Below are positions 33,129 to 44,537 of a DNA stretch of 64,000 bases, in pieces. The stretch is taken from assembly GCA_963844715.1 (NCBI GenBank), contig CAWJPJ010000007.1, forward strand, positions 800,001 through 864,000, read 5' to 3'. The position numbers and the translations under genes are program-made. A model generated the notes under the pieces. The model searched no databases. It was not told the DNA's origin and saw only the letters and a list, made by a program, of their open reading frames with translations. Position 1 is the first letter of the stretch; every line of letters starts with the position of its first letter. The DNA is from an uncultured Phycisphaerales bacterium (GTDB lineage: Bacteria > Planctomycetota > Phycisphaerae > Tepidisphaerales > Tepidisphaeraceae).

Positions 33129-35447
33129 ATGGCGAGTCGCAAACGAAACAGGAAGACTCGGCGGCGTTTTAGAAACCGTAAGACGCAGAACGGCCCGGTT
33201 CTTTTTCGGCATCCCGTTACCGATATGCCCTTAGAGCAATTCATCCCTGCGGTGGTCGAGGGCGCAAGATCGCGGCCGATCAATTTAAGGAGGTGCTTGG
33301 GTCTGTTGAGGAGATTCTTCGCACAAAGGAGCCTTTGCGGACGATTGCAATCCTTGCATTGTACGGATTGATGACCAGATTGTCGGACAAAGGCGAGCGT
33401 TCGCCTCTTTACAAGACTAAGGGTTTCGCACAATCGCATGTCGAATTTGCGCAGGCACTTGCCTTGAGAGTTCCATTATCAGATATATCCGATATTCCGA
33501 TTGGTCCCGCCGAAATTACGCGGCTATTCGGTCTCTTGCCGCGGCTCACACGCTCTTTCGCTTTTCAAAGGATGGCCAAGATGGGCGAAGAGTGCAGTGA
33601 TGAGCAGAAGGGCGTTTTTCTTGTGCAAGAGATGCTGCGGAGCCATACGCAATTCGTGCGCAATTGGGGATTTTTTGATAGGGTCATCGCGCTCCTAAAT
33701 GTCCTGTATAGCCCACTCGATGACGAGATTCTTCAACATGTTGGATTGTCTGCAAGTCAGCTCATCGCTGCCTTCGTCCATTTAATTCGCCAGTTGGAAA
33801 GCAGATTTTTTGAGGTTTTCCATCGCATGGGGGAAGTCTTACGCCAGGGTACTTTGGAAGAAATGATCAGGAAATACTACGAGGTTCACCCCGATTTGCT
33901 CGACACTCCTGATGATATGCTCGCGTTCGCGGCTGAAGAAAGGCTAACGGCTCAGCAGGTGAAGGTTTTACTATTGGCGCACATGGAGTTTCGACTTCCG
34001 AAAGTATGCAAGTTTACGGTCGAATCCGTGGCGGCCTTTCTCGGCGTGGAGGCGCCCGAGTCAGCGCATCGTTTGGCAAATTGAGTTTGTCGTTGGGGGA
34101 ACTCGCGTCATGTCCGGCCGAGAATCTTTTGCTCGATAATCCTGTATGGCGAAAACCACTCATCAAGGTAGATTCCTCAGAGTACTTCTCGCCGCTCCGC
34201 AGGTGTTCTTTAGTTTCGTGCGGCCAATTTTTGACGACTTGATGGACGGGAATCGATCTCTAGAGCAGTCGTGCGAAAGGCGTAGGGCCGAGTTTCTGGA
34301 ATCCGAGGTTACTCGGCTTTTTCAGAAAGCATTTCCAGGCGCGGAAATCGTCGTTGGGTATAAATGGAAAGACGGTGAGATAGAATACGAAAACGATCTG
34401 ATAGTGCGGGTTGATTCACATCTTTTTCTAATTGAGGCAAAGTCAGGGGCAGTATCATGGCCGGCCTTGAGGGGGGCGCCAGAGCGCGCCAAGAAGCACT
34501 TCCAGGACTTGATCGTGGCGCCGTCAATTCAATCAGCGCGATTGGCAGATCGTGTTGGTGCGGTAATCGAGTCACCAGCGTTACGCGACTCGTATCTTCC
34601 GGGGCTGCAAATACAGCTTGATCGGGTTCATACTGTTCTGCGCCTATCGGTGACGCTAGAAGACTTCGCGATGCTTCCAGCAAACTTGTCCTCTCTGCGC
34701 CACACCGGTTGGCTGTCGGCGGGCCACAGCTTGGCTCCATGCGTTTTGGTGACGGACCTCGAGGTGATTTTCGATATTCTTGAGCCGAAGTCCCAGAAAA
34801 TTCATTATTTGCGGCGGCGCACCGAGCTTGCCCGTCGTTTAGTTACGACTGGTGACGAACTTGACCATTTAGGTTGGTATCTTGCTGGTGGTTTCAACTT
34901 GGGGGAGGCTGAGTTCAGCGCTGGATTGCTTCATCTTGTCGAAATGTCGAAAGAGGTTGATCAATTTTGCTTGGCGCGGGCCGACGGTATCGAAACCGAA
35001 CGGCCGAAGTTGCAGCTTAGTAAGTGGTGGTCCGATATTTGTCTGCAAGTCGAGCGACGCGCGCCGAATCGGTGGACAGACGCCTGTGACGCGCTCCTCC
35101 GGGTTGCACCGGAAGATCAAAAGACGCTTGAGGCGGCCTTTATTAAGATTGAGAGGGATCTTAAAAAGCGAGTGAAGCCGCCGCAAAGGAATTTTGTGGC
35201 TGGTCTACCGCGGCTTGAAAAAGGAACGGCGATAGCGCTTTCTCGCGTTCGCCATGAAGATATTCCTAATCGACGTGAGCAGATATGCTCGGTCGCAAAT
35301 CACTCTTTTGCGGATTCGAATGTGGATAGATGCCTGGTTGTTGCCATCAATATCGATGCTGGCCATTATCCTTACTCGGCGATAGCGCTTATTGATCGAG
35401 AGTCTCCCGACGCTTGCAGCGATGTGGATGATTTGCAGGTCTATTAG
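33129..35447 (+). CDS. Large hypothetical protein with NERD-like PD-(D/E)xK nuclease motif, frameshifted
   Basis: Consecutive ORFs 33129, 33293 and 34146 in shifting frames; ENDLIVRVDSHLFLIEAKS; atypical lower-GC codon usage. Confidence 0.6.
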
Positions 35448-35649
35448 ACGAGTGGGATATGATCGAGATTAGGGGATAGATGGGTGCTGCAGGGCGGACG
35501 AATCGCCTTTCCATAAGCTTGCCTCAGCGATCGATCCAATGCCGATGGAGGGCCGCTCTCTCCTTGATCCCGCCGCGGCGGGTGCTGGGGGGAGAAGATG
35601 AAAAGGGCGACGGGCGCGGAGCTGGTTGCGGGGGTGCCGCGCACCGCGA

Positions 35650-36564
35650 CTAAATCCGGGTTGGTGGGAGCGGAACTGAACGTAGTTTCCTCATCCGCGC
35701 CAATCCCCAAGCCACCGGCCCCCAAGCCGCAAACCCCAGCGATCCAATCGCCGCCGTGTATTGATGTGCAACGATCAGCAGCAGAATAATCGCCAGCACG
35801 ACAATCAATCTTCCAATCGACCTCTTCCCCCGCAGATAGCGATTCACCAAGTGCGGATACCGCAAATGGCTGATCATCAGCAGCCCGGTGCACAAAACCA
35901 GCACCGGCATGAAATCCGCCCAGAACGTGCCGATATCCTGCGTCACCGCCGACGACTGCCGCAGCAAATCCTGCTGCATCAGCACCGTTGCAGCGACCGC
36001 CGCCGCCGCTCCGGGGCTGGGGAGTCCCAGGAACGAAAAATGATGCTGCTCCCCGTGTTCGTTGCTGACATTGAACCGGGCCAATCGGATCGCCGCGCAG
36101 CTGACATACATTGCCGCCGAGGCCCACACCAGCCGGGAAATCCATAGCGGCACATCCGGTCCCAGGAGCTTGAACAATCTCAATCCCAGGAACGCCGGCG
36201 CCGCCCCGAAGCTGATCATGTCGGCCAGGCTGTCGAGCTGTCCCCCGAAATCGGTCGTATGCCGCGCGAACCGCGCCAATCGTCCGTCGATTCCGTCAAA
36301 CACCATCGCCAGAAAAATCAGATACGCCGCTGCCGCCAGCCCATTCCGCGCCAGCGCGCTTGCCCAAGGATCGCGTTCGATCCCCGTCGATCCCGCCATC
36401 GCCGCCACATAGATCGACGCGAACCCGCACACGGCGTTTCCGAGAGTCGCCATGCTCGGCAGGAAATAGACCGACCGGATATAGGCCCGCCTCCCATGCC
36501 GGCGCAAACGCCGTCGCCGATGGACGCGGCGTCGTCTGCGAAAATCGGGATCGCGCTGAATCAT
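35650..36564 (-). CDS. pssA: CDP-diacylglycerol--serine O-phosphatidyltransferase
   Basis: DGIDGRLAR...FGGQLDSLAD.ISFG.AP, RLARFN, FLGLPSP; ATGA overlap with the psd stop. Confidence 0.92.
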   Translation of the reverse strand: MIQRDPDFRRRRRVHRRRRLRRHGRRAYIRSVYFLPSMATLGNAVCGFASIYVAAMAGSTGIERDPWASALARNGLAAAAYLIFLAMVFDGIDGRLARFARHTTDFGGQLDSLADMISFGAAPAFLGLRLFKLLGPDVPLWISRLVWASAAMYVSCAAIRLARFNVSNEHGEQHHFSFLGLPSPGAAAAVAATVLMQQDLLRQSSAVTQDIGTFWADFMPVLVLCTGLLMISHLRYPHLVNRYLRGKRSIGRLIVVLAIILLLIVAHQYTAAIGSLGFAAWGPVAWGLARMRKLRSVPLPPTRI

Positions 36565-37281
36565 GGCCGAGAGTCTGCCGTCGACATATCGGTCGACAAA
36601 TCGCTTTTCATCCCCTCCATGCTCGCCGCCGGAGAAATCGTCGCCAAAACATCCGCCGCTCCCCGAACCTTCTGCCCGATCTGCACGCGAACGGTCGGAT
36701 TCAGCCGCTGCGGAATAGTCAGTTCCGTCCGGCTCCCGAATTTGATCATCCCAATCCGCTGCCCGCGCAAGTCGATCCCCAACCGCCGCCGTGCAGACAA
36801 TCCGCCGGGCGATCAATCCCACGATCTGCTTGACCACCGCCACGGGTTTCCCCGACCCATCCGCCAGAACAACCGTGTTCGACTCGTTCTCCTCCGAAGC
36901 TTCCCGGTGATGCATCGCGTTGATGAATTTCCCGCGCTTATATTCGACGGAAGCAACCCGCCCATCGCACGGCGACCGATTCACATGCACGTTGAAAACC
37001 GAAAGAAAAATCCCAATCCGCACCGCCGGCCCCCCGATCAGCGGATCGTTCTCAATTGGCGTGATATCCGAAACCGTCCCATCCGCCGGCGACACCATCG
37101 CATTTGCATCGCCAGGAATCGCCCGCTCCGGATCGCGAAAAAAAGCCAGCAACCAGATAAATACCGGCACCGGAACCAGCCCCAGCGGCCGCCAAACAAA
37201 AAATAACGCAACCCCCACCGCCCCCAGCAGAAGCGTCCCAACCAGCATTTCCCGCAAACCAAGGCGGGTCAGTCGAATCAT
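36561..37281 (-). CDS. psd: Phosphatidylserine decarboxylase, frameshifted near 36768
   Basis: FFRDPER, SPADG, IFLSVFNVHVNRSP; cleavage motif IKFGSR in the second frame. Confidence 0.93.
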
Positions 37282-37406
37282 GATCTCAGGCTAGAAACGA
37301 GGGAGAGGGATGTCAATTGGGGGAGGGAATGAAGAGGCATAGAGACGAAGAGACGAAGACACAAAGTGAAGAGGCCCGCACATCTTCCAGTTCGTCTCTT
37401 TGTCTC

Positions 37407-38840
37407 TTACCGCTTAAAGAACGTTTTCCCCCGCGCGTTGTACTTGCTCAGCCGATTATTCACGTACAACCCTTCCAGCAGAAATTCACCCACACTCGCC
37501 AGAATCGCCGGATCTCCCGCGTCCAATTGCATTTGTTTCGCCAGCGCCCTGCCCCCTGGCATAGGCCGCGTATCGCCTTCATATTGGCAGTGAATTCATC
37601 CGCCGATAGGTCATCCCCGGCCGGAAACGTCAGATTCGCCTTAAACTGTTCCACGATCGGCTCGTAAGAATCCGCGTCCCCATATCGCCCAAAAACCGTT
37701 TTAACCGCCTCCCCGCTGAGCGACCGGATCAGCTTATCCTCCGCTCCGTCTTCCTCGGCCAGCGTCATCTCAATTTTCCCCCGGCAGCTTGCCACCAGAT
37801 AATTCAAATCGCACACGCGCGGAACCACCCGCCCCTCGCCTGTGCTCAGCCCGCGCCGCTCGGCGTTGCTCACTACCGTCTCCAGATTCGCGATGCTCGT
37901 CCGCACCGAAACCCCCGACGCCTGCGATACGTGCGGGCTCGACCTTGCCAGCCGCACCATCTCCTCGACGATTTCAGACATGAATCGCGGCACTTCCACG
38001 TGCACGCCGCTCCCCGATGTGCTCGTCCCGTTGCGCCAGCCAGGCGTTCTGCTCCGCGATCTCGATTCCCTCGGCAACCGTCTCCGGATAATGCGTGCGA
38101 ATCACCGACCCGATGCGGTCCTTCAGCGGCGTCACAATCCGCCCGCGATTCGTGTAATCCTCCGGGTTCGCACTAAACACCAGGCACACGTCCAGCTCCA
38201 GCCGGATCGGATACCCGCGGATTTGCACATCCCGCTCTTCCAGCACGTTGAAGAGCCCCACCTGAATTCGCGGCGCCAGGTCGGGAAGCTCGTTGATCGC
38301 AAAAATCCCCCGATTCGAACGCGGAATCAACCCATAATGCATTGTCGATTCATCCGATAGATATCTCCCCTCGGCATGTTTCACCAGATCGATCTCCCCG
38401 ATCAAATCCGCGATCGTCACATCCGGCGTCGCCAGCTTTTCATGAAACCGATCATCCCGATGCACCCATTCGATCCGCGCCTCGTCCCCCTCCTTGGCGA
38501 TGATCCGCTTCCCCGTCTTTGTTATCGGCGCAATCGGATCGTCATTGATCTCCGTCCCCGCCAGCACCGGCATCCACTCGTCCAGTAGCAGCGGGAGCAT
38601 CCGCAAAATGCGCGTCTTCGCCTGCCCGCGCAAGCCCAGAAACAGCAGATCATGCTTGGACAAAAGCCCGTTGATAACCTGCGGAATAACACTGTCCCGA
38701 TATCCCACGATTCCCGGAAAGATTTCCTCCCCCGCCTTGATCTTCCCGATCACGTTCCGCCGCAATTCATCCTTTACCGAAGACGGCTGATACCCGGACT
38801 TCTTCAATTGCCCAACAGTCGAAATACTAGGGTGGTTCAT
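37407..38840 (-). CDS. Magnesium chelatase subunit I-like AAA+ ATPase, frameshifted
   Basis: GLRGQAKTR Walker A variant, INELPDL, ANPEDYTNRGRI, LKDRIGS. Confidence 0.85.
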
Positions 38841-38906
38841 GTGCAGGAATGGTAGGGGACGCAGGGGCCAATCTTCAACTAGCAACTGGCAACTAACAAC
38901 GGGCAA

Positions 38907-39221
38907 CTATTCAAGCTTTTTCGGCGTCTTGAGCCGTTTCCCCGATTCCGTCCATGCGTCCACATATTGCGTAGGCTTCCCACGTCCGCTAGGCCCTAAT
39001 AGCGACCGCCCAAGCCGAAAAATGAGCACCAGGAACAGCCCCAGCAGAATCAGCAACACCGACATCAGCAGCAGCGCGTGAAGAGAGAGAAGCCTACGCT
39101 CTTTCGGATCGGCCCCGGAAAACGCCTCCAGCGCCGGAATCAGATACCAGTGGCTCACCACGATCAGCAGGATCGTGAACAACCCCATGAACGCGAAATG
39201 CGGCCACACGCTCCGGCGCAT
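38907..39221 (-). CDS. Small two-TM membrane protein
   Basis: Two hydrophobic helices; C-terminal YVDAWTESGKRL; directly follows the DnaJ gene. Confidence 0.7.
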   Translation of the reverse strand: MRRSVWPHFAFMGLFTILLIVVSHWYLIPALEAFSGADPKERRLLSLHALLLMSVLLILLGLFLVLIFRLGRSLLGPSGRGKPTQYVDAWTESGKRLKTPKKLE

Positions 39222-39224
39222 CGA

Positions 39225-40220
39225 TCACCATCCAGTATCCGCGCGCGGGTTCATCGGGTGTTTCGCCGCGATGCGATCGATCGCCTTGCGGTCTTCCTCG
39301 TCCAGTCCCTTCGGAACCATCACCTTGGCGATCACGATCTCATCCCCTTTTTCTTCCCCGCGCTGAATTCCATGCGATTTTATGCGCAGTTTTGCTCCGC
39401 TGCTTGTCCCGGGCGGAATCGTCACCGTCCGCGTCCCGTCCAGCGTCGGCACGTCCACTTTCGCGCCGTTCAATGCCTCATACATGCTGATCGGCAAGTC
39501 CAAATGAATGTCGAGCCCGTCGCGCCGAAAATAAGGATGCGGCGTCACGCGCGTGACGATGTACAAATCCCCCGCCTCACCAAATTGGCTCTGCTGGCCC
39601 CGGCCGCGCACGCGAACACGGCTCCCGTCCTTCACGCCCGCCGGAATCTTGATGTCGATCGTCTCCAGCTTTCCGTCCCGATTGATTTGCAGCGGCAAAT
39701 GCGTTCCGCGCACCGCCTGCTCGAACGACAGCGTCACCGGATGATCGATATCCGCCCCGCGCTGCGGCTCGGGCCGCCCGCGCGTCCGCCCGCCTCCGCC
39801 GCCCCCTCCTCCACCTCGGCGTCCGCCGAACAACTGATCGAAAATACTCCCCATGTCCTGATCGCCAAGATCAAAATCTTCGACGCTCACGCCCGGCCCA
39901 CCCTGCCAGCGCGTCCCGCGTCCCTGCTGCGACCGCCGAAACGCTTCCCACGGATCGGCTCCGCCGGCCTGCCCGCCTTGCCCTCCCGGCGCCGTTCCCA
40001 CCCCCGCATGTCCGAAATCGTTGTAATTACGCCGCTTCGTCTCGTCCGACAAAACCTCGTAAGCCTCCTGCACCTCCTTGAATCGCTCCGTCGATTTCGG
40101 ATCGTTTTTCGTCGCGTCAGGATGCAGCTTCCGCGCCAGCTTGCGATATGCGCTTTTGATCTCATCCGCGCTGGCAGTCCGCGCCACGCCCAGAATGTCG
40201 TAATAATCGCGCTTGGCCAT
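39225..40220 (-). CDS. DnaJ-class chaperone without zinc finger (CbpA-like)
   Basis: [14 protein letters not shown] linker, DnaJ_C domain; no CxxCxGxG repeats. Confidence 0.93.
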   Translation of the reverse strand: MAKRDYYDILGVARTASADEIKSAYRKLARKLHPDATKNDPKSTERFKEVQEAYEVLSDETKRRNYNDFGHAGVGTAPGGQGGQAGGADPWEAFRRSQQGRGTRWQGGPGVSVEDFDLGDQDMGSIFDQLFGGRRGGGGGGGGGRTRGRPEPQRGADIDHPVTLSFEQAVRGTHLPLQINRDGKLETIDIKIPAGVKDGSRVRVRGRGQQSQFGEAGDLYIVTRVTPHPYFRRDGLDIHLDLPISMYEALNGAKVDVPTLDGTRTVTIPPGTSSGAKLRIKSHGIQRGEEKGDEIVIAKVMVPKGLDEEDRKAIDRIAAKHPMNPRADTGW

Positions 40221-40311
40221 GCAAACTCGAATCTTAGCATCGGTCCACTCGGCGCGAAACATCCCACGCCGCTTGTCCCCACTCCCATTCTAAGTTACAG
40301 TTGGCAAACCA

Positions 40312-40539
40312 GTGGCCAAATCAGAACCCATCGAAGTCGACGCCACCGTTACCACCGCGCTGCCCAACGCGATGTTCAAGCTTCGCGTCGAGCAGGGGGG
40401 GACCACGCGCGAAGTCCTCGGCCACGTCTCTGGAAAGATGCGCAAACACTTCATCCGCATCCTCCCCGGCGACAAGGTCAAAGTGGAACTCTCCCCCTAC
40501 GATCTCACCCGGGGCCGCATCGTATTCCGCCAAAAGTAG
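40312..40539 (+). CDS. infA: Translation initiation factor IF-1
   Basis: LPNAMF...[34 protein letters not shown]. Confidence 0.97.
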   Translation: MAKSEPIEVDATVTTALPNAMFKLRVEQGGTTREVLGHVSGKMRKHFIRILPGDKVKVELSPYDLTRGRIVFRQK

Positions 40540-40721
40540 CCCCTTTCCGCCAATATCCCCAATTTCGTATTCCCATACCCGGATTTGCCGCGTCCCATAA
40601 ACCCCCGGTTTAAGCCGATTTGTCGTTTCTCTGCTAAAATATCCCGTGCAATCTTTGCAGAATCGCTCGGCGGATCGGGTCGTGCCATAGTTTAAGAAAC
40701 GCGGCAAGAGGCGGACACCTC

Positions 40722-42286
40722 ATGACTTTGGGGCGAAAAATTATCCTGCGCAACGTCGCCCTCGTTCTGGGCGTCGGAATGCTCGCGGCTTCCTCGCTTT
40801 GGGGTCTTCTTGCGTTGCGCCTCAGGTCGCCGACATCGGCGATGAAACCTCCGAACTCAGCCATCTGCTGAACATCGCCGACGAGATGACCCAGGCCAAA
40901 TCCGCCATCCTCGGCGGCGATATCGAACGCGGCCGCGACCTCCTGGGGGACGCGCACGACGATTGTAAGGCGTACGGAACCCAGGACTCCACCCGTCTTG
41001 CTGAAATGAAGGCCGCGTTGCCCGCTTATTTCGCCTGGGATAAAAATGTCCGCGACGACGTCGCCGTCGCCGCCGCCTTCGTCGGCGACCGTCTCCCCAA
41101 AGCCACGGCTCCCGGCCAAAAAGTAACCGTCCCGCCGGCGCTCCTCGAGAAGCTCGACTACGGCGTGGTTCGCATTCAGAGCGCCGTTCACGAATGTCAG
41201 GGCTTCATGGTTCAGGCCCAGCAGGCCGCCGACCGAATCCTCCAGATCGGCCTCATCCTCGTGGGCGGCCTCTCGGCCCTGATCCTCTCCTGCGCCGTCC
41301 TCATCAGCCAATGGCATTACCAAAGCGTCATGCGACCGCTCGAACGCCTGCGCCAGTGGGTCCGCCGCGTTGGCGGCGCCGGCGACTTCCCGCCTCCCAT
41401 CGAAATCAGCGGCGATCTCGAATTTTGCGAACTCACCGTCGACGTCAATCAAATGGCCAAGGAACTCCACGATTTCTACCGCGAACTCGACCAGAAAGTG
41501 GAGCAAACCAGCCGCGAACTCGTCCGCTCCCAGCGGCTCGCCAGCGTCGGTTTCCTCGCCGCCGGGGTCGCACACGAAATCAACAATCCGCTCAACATCA
41601 TGTCCGGCTACGCTGAGCTGACCCTCAGCCGGCTCGCCCGCGGCTTCGATCCCGAGGCCGCCGCCGATGCCCAGCGCGCCCTCGAAGTCATCCGCGAGGA
41701 GGCCTTCCGCTGCAAGCAAATCACCGCGAAACTTCTCTCCACCGCCCGAGGCAGCGGCGAAAATCGAGAAACTTTCTCCCTCCGGCACCTCAGCCGCGAA
41801 GTCGCCGCCATGTTGCAGGGGCTCCCGCTCATGCGCGATCGCCAGCTCGATCTCAAGTTCGACGGCGACGATCCCCTGGAAGTCAGCGCCAACTACGCCG
41901 AACTCAAACAGGTTCTCCTCAATCTCCTCATGAACGGCCTCGAAGCCGTCAATCCACCGAGCGGCCGCGTCACCCTCTCCGGACGCCGCGACAAGGACTT
42001 CGTCGAACTCATCGTCACCGACAACGGGCGCGGCATGGAAGCCGCCACGCTCGAACGCATCTTCGAACCCTTCTTTACCGAAAAACGCGGTGTCGGCGAG
42101 CCCGGCACCGGGCTCGGACTTTGTATCTCCCACGCCATCATCGAAAATCACGGCGGAAAAATTCTCGCGCAAAGTCCAGGCGTCGATCAGGGCAGCACCT
42201 TCACGGTCCGAATGCCGGCCGCACAACGTGAAGAGCGATCACGCCTCGCCAACGTCTTCCCGCCGGCGCCTCTGGAGGCCACGTGA
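40722..42286 (+). CDS. HAMP sensor histidine kinase, N-terminal frameshift
   Basis: TM-HAMP; AGVAHEINNPL H-box; N, G1, F (IFEPFFT) and G2 (GTGLGL) boxes. Confidence 0.92.
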
Positions 42287-42912
42287 GATCTTCGCCCCCT
42301 GCCCCGGGTGGATGTCGCCGGGTTCTAATTGTCGATGACGAACCGCGCATGCGCGACATGCTCAGCCAAGCCGTCACCGAAATGGGCTTCGATGCCGCCA
42401 CCGCCGGCTCCGCCGAAAGCGCCCTGCGCGCCATGGAAAATTCCCCCGCTGATATCGTCCTGCTCGACCTCAATCTTCCGGGAATGGGAGGCATGGACTT
42501 CTTCCAGATGCTCCGAAAAAAATGGGCCCAATCCCAGGTCATCATTCTCACCGGGTTCGGAGATCTCACCGCCGCCCAGCAGGCGATCCGCCTCGAGGCC
42601 GTCGATTTCCTCGCCAAGCCCTGCCCGCTCGGCCAGCTCGAGCAGGCCCTGGAGCGCGCCCGCCAGCGTCGCGTCGCCGTCGCTCCTCCCCTTGTCTTGC
42701 CCGAACCTCCCGAGGAAGCCGCGCCCATCCCCGCCGCCCCCATCGATAGCGAACTTCTCGAAGATGTCGAGAGAAATCACATCCTCGCCGCCCTCGAACG
42801 CAACGGCGGAAACCGCGCCGCCGCCGCCGCGGAACTCGGCATCAGCCTCAGAAAACTCTACTATCGCCTGGAAAAATACCAACGCGAGGGACGCCAGTCC
42901 GGCGCCTCATAA
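42283..42912 (+). CDS. Response regulator, REC plus Fis-type HTH
   Basis: LIVDDE, LLDLNLP, AKP; GNRAAAAAELGISLRKLYYRL. Confidence 0.9.
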   Translation: MRSSPPAPGGCRRVLIVDDEPRMRDMLSQAVTEMGFDAATAGSAESALRAMENSPADIVLLDLNLPGMGGMDFFQMLRKKWAQSQVIILTGFGDLTAAQQAIRLEAVDFLAKPCPLGQLEQALERARQRRVAVAPPLVLPEPPEEAAPIPAAPIDSELLEDVERNHILAALERNGGNRAAAAAELGISLRKLYYRLEKYQREGRQSGAS

Positions 42913-42934
42913 CGCCGCACAACTTAGAAATAAA

Positions 42935-44413
42935 TCACGCAATCACGGGCAGAGATTTGGCCCTCTTCGGCAGTCGCCCGATCGAGTCGTATCCCACGCT
43001 GTCCGTCAAATTCACCTGAACGATCTGCCCCGAGTGCAGCGATCCCCCCTCCACGAACGTGCATGAATCAATTTCCGGCGCCTGCCCCGGCGTCCGCCCG
43101 ACCCATCTCTCCCCCTTGCGGGAATCGATCATCACCGGAACCAACGTCCCAATCCTGTTCCGTGCCTTCGCAAACGCCACCTTCTGCTGCGCCAGCATCA
43201 ACTCCTCGACCCATTCCTTTTTCACCGCCTCCGGAATCTGCCCCTCCATCCGTCCCATCGGCGTGCCGGGCTCCGCGCTGTACGCAAAAACCCCCATCAT
43301 GTCGAACCCAAAATCCTCGACGAACCTGACCAGTTCCTGATGTTCTTCATCCGTCTCGGTAGGGGACCCCGCGATAAACGTCGTTCGAATCGACACCCCC
43401 GGCACCCACTTCCGCAACTTCTGCAGCAGTGTCTCGATCTGCTCGCGAGTCACGCGCCGCCGCATCAGCGTCAGCAGCCGATCATTGATATGTTGCAACG
43501 GCATATCGATGTACTTCACGACTCTGTCGCATTGCGCCAGACCGCGGATCATTTCATCCGTGAAGCAAGACGGATACGCATACATCAGTCGCAGCCAGTG
43601 AACGTCGGTCAGCTCCCGATCCAGCGTCCGCAGCAATCCCGCCAGCCCGCCCGCATCTCCGATATCGGTGCCATAGCTGGTCGTATCCTGCCCGATCATA
43701 TTCAGTTCTACCGCCCCATCCGCCGCCAGTTCCCGCGCCTCGGCAAGAATCTGCTGCACCGGTTTCGATCGCATCGGCCCCCGGATCGACGGAATCGTGC
43801 AAAACGCGCACCCTTGGTTGCACCCCTCGCTCAGCCGCAAATACGCATAATGCCGCGGCGTCAGCCGCAACCGGGCTCGATCATCCTCAAATACTGGCAG
43901 CCGCTTCGTCTTGGTCTGCTTTTCGGCAGGATTCAGATCATTTTCTTCCGCCAGCCGCCTCGATAAATCGTGATATTTCCCCAGAAAATGCCCCGACCCA
44001 TTCCCCATCCCCTCCCCGCGAACCGCCTGCACGATGTGTTCCCGGTCAAAAACCCCCACCAACCGGTCGATTCCCGGGGCATCGTTCAGCAATTCGGTTT
44101 TATACCGCTGCACCAAACACCCGGCCACCACCACCCGCCGGCACTTCCCGTCCCTCTTTAAATCCACGGCCTTTTGAATCTCCCGCATCGATTCTTCCTT
44201 CGATGCCGCCAAAAAACCGCAGGTATTGATGACAATCGCGTCCGCCTGCGAAGGGTCCCCCGTGACCACCAATCCGTCCCCAGCGAGCAGTCCCAGCATC
44301 CGCTCGCTATCGACTAAATTCTTTGGGCAGCCAAGACTTACGAACGCCACCGACTCCACCTTGTCAAGTGAGCTCTTCGACCGCGATTTTTTGCCTGACG
44401 CGATGGATTCCAT
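42935..44413 (-). CDS. rimO: Ribosomal protein S12 methylthiotransferase
   Basis: SLGCPKNLVDSE, NTCGF, CNQGCAFC, APEID TRAM domain. Confidence 0.95.
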   Translation of the reverse strand: MESIASGKKSRSKSSLDKVESVAFVSLGCPKNLVDSERMLGLLAGDGLVVTGDPSQADAIVINTCGFLAASKEESMREIQKAVDLKRDGKCRRVVVAGCLVQRYKTELLNDAPGIDRLVGVFDREHIVQAVRGEGMGNGSGHFLGKYHDLSRRLAEENDLNPAEKQTKTKRLPVFEDDRARLRLTPRHYAYLRLSEGCNQGCAFCTIPSIRGPMRSKPVQQILAEARELAADGAVELNMIGQDTTSYGTDIGDAGGLAGLLRTLDRELTDVHWLRLMYAYPSCFTDEMIRGLAQCDRVVKYIDMPLQHINDRLLTLMRRRVTREQIETLLQKLRKWVPGVSIRTTFIAGSPTETDEEHQELVRFVEDFGFDMMGVFAYSAEPGTPMGRMEGQIPEAVKKEWVEELMLAQQKVAFAKARNRIGTLVPVMIDSRKGERWVGRTPGQAPEIDSCTFVEGGSLHSGQIVQVNLTDSVGYDSIGRLPKRAKSLPVIA

Positions 44414-44537
44414 ACGTTAATCGTAGCTAACTTTTCCCTACCCTCCAAACGCCTGTTCAATTCCGTAAATATATGCCGTTTCGAGCCTTATAAGCAAGTT
44501 GAAACTCATGGGTTTACTTGATATAATACTGAACTCT

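Noticed and set aside
32750..35535. REP-like half sites flanking the NERD-like gene as element ends
   Set aside because: Similarity between cgataggctcagggcagg and the right flank is too weak; no TSD seen
35650..37281. Apparent 543-aa Psd-PssA fusion
   Set aside because: The Psd FGS cleavage motif and C-terminus are in another frame ending at an ATGA junction; a single indel explains the fusion
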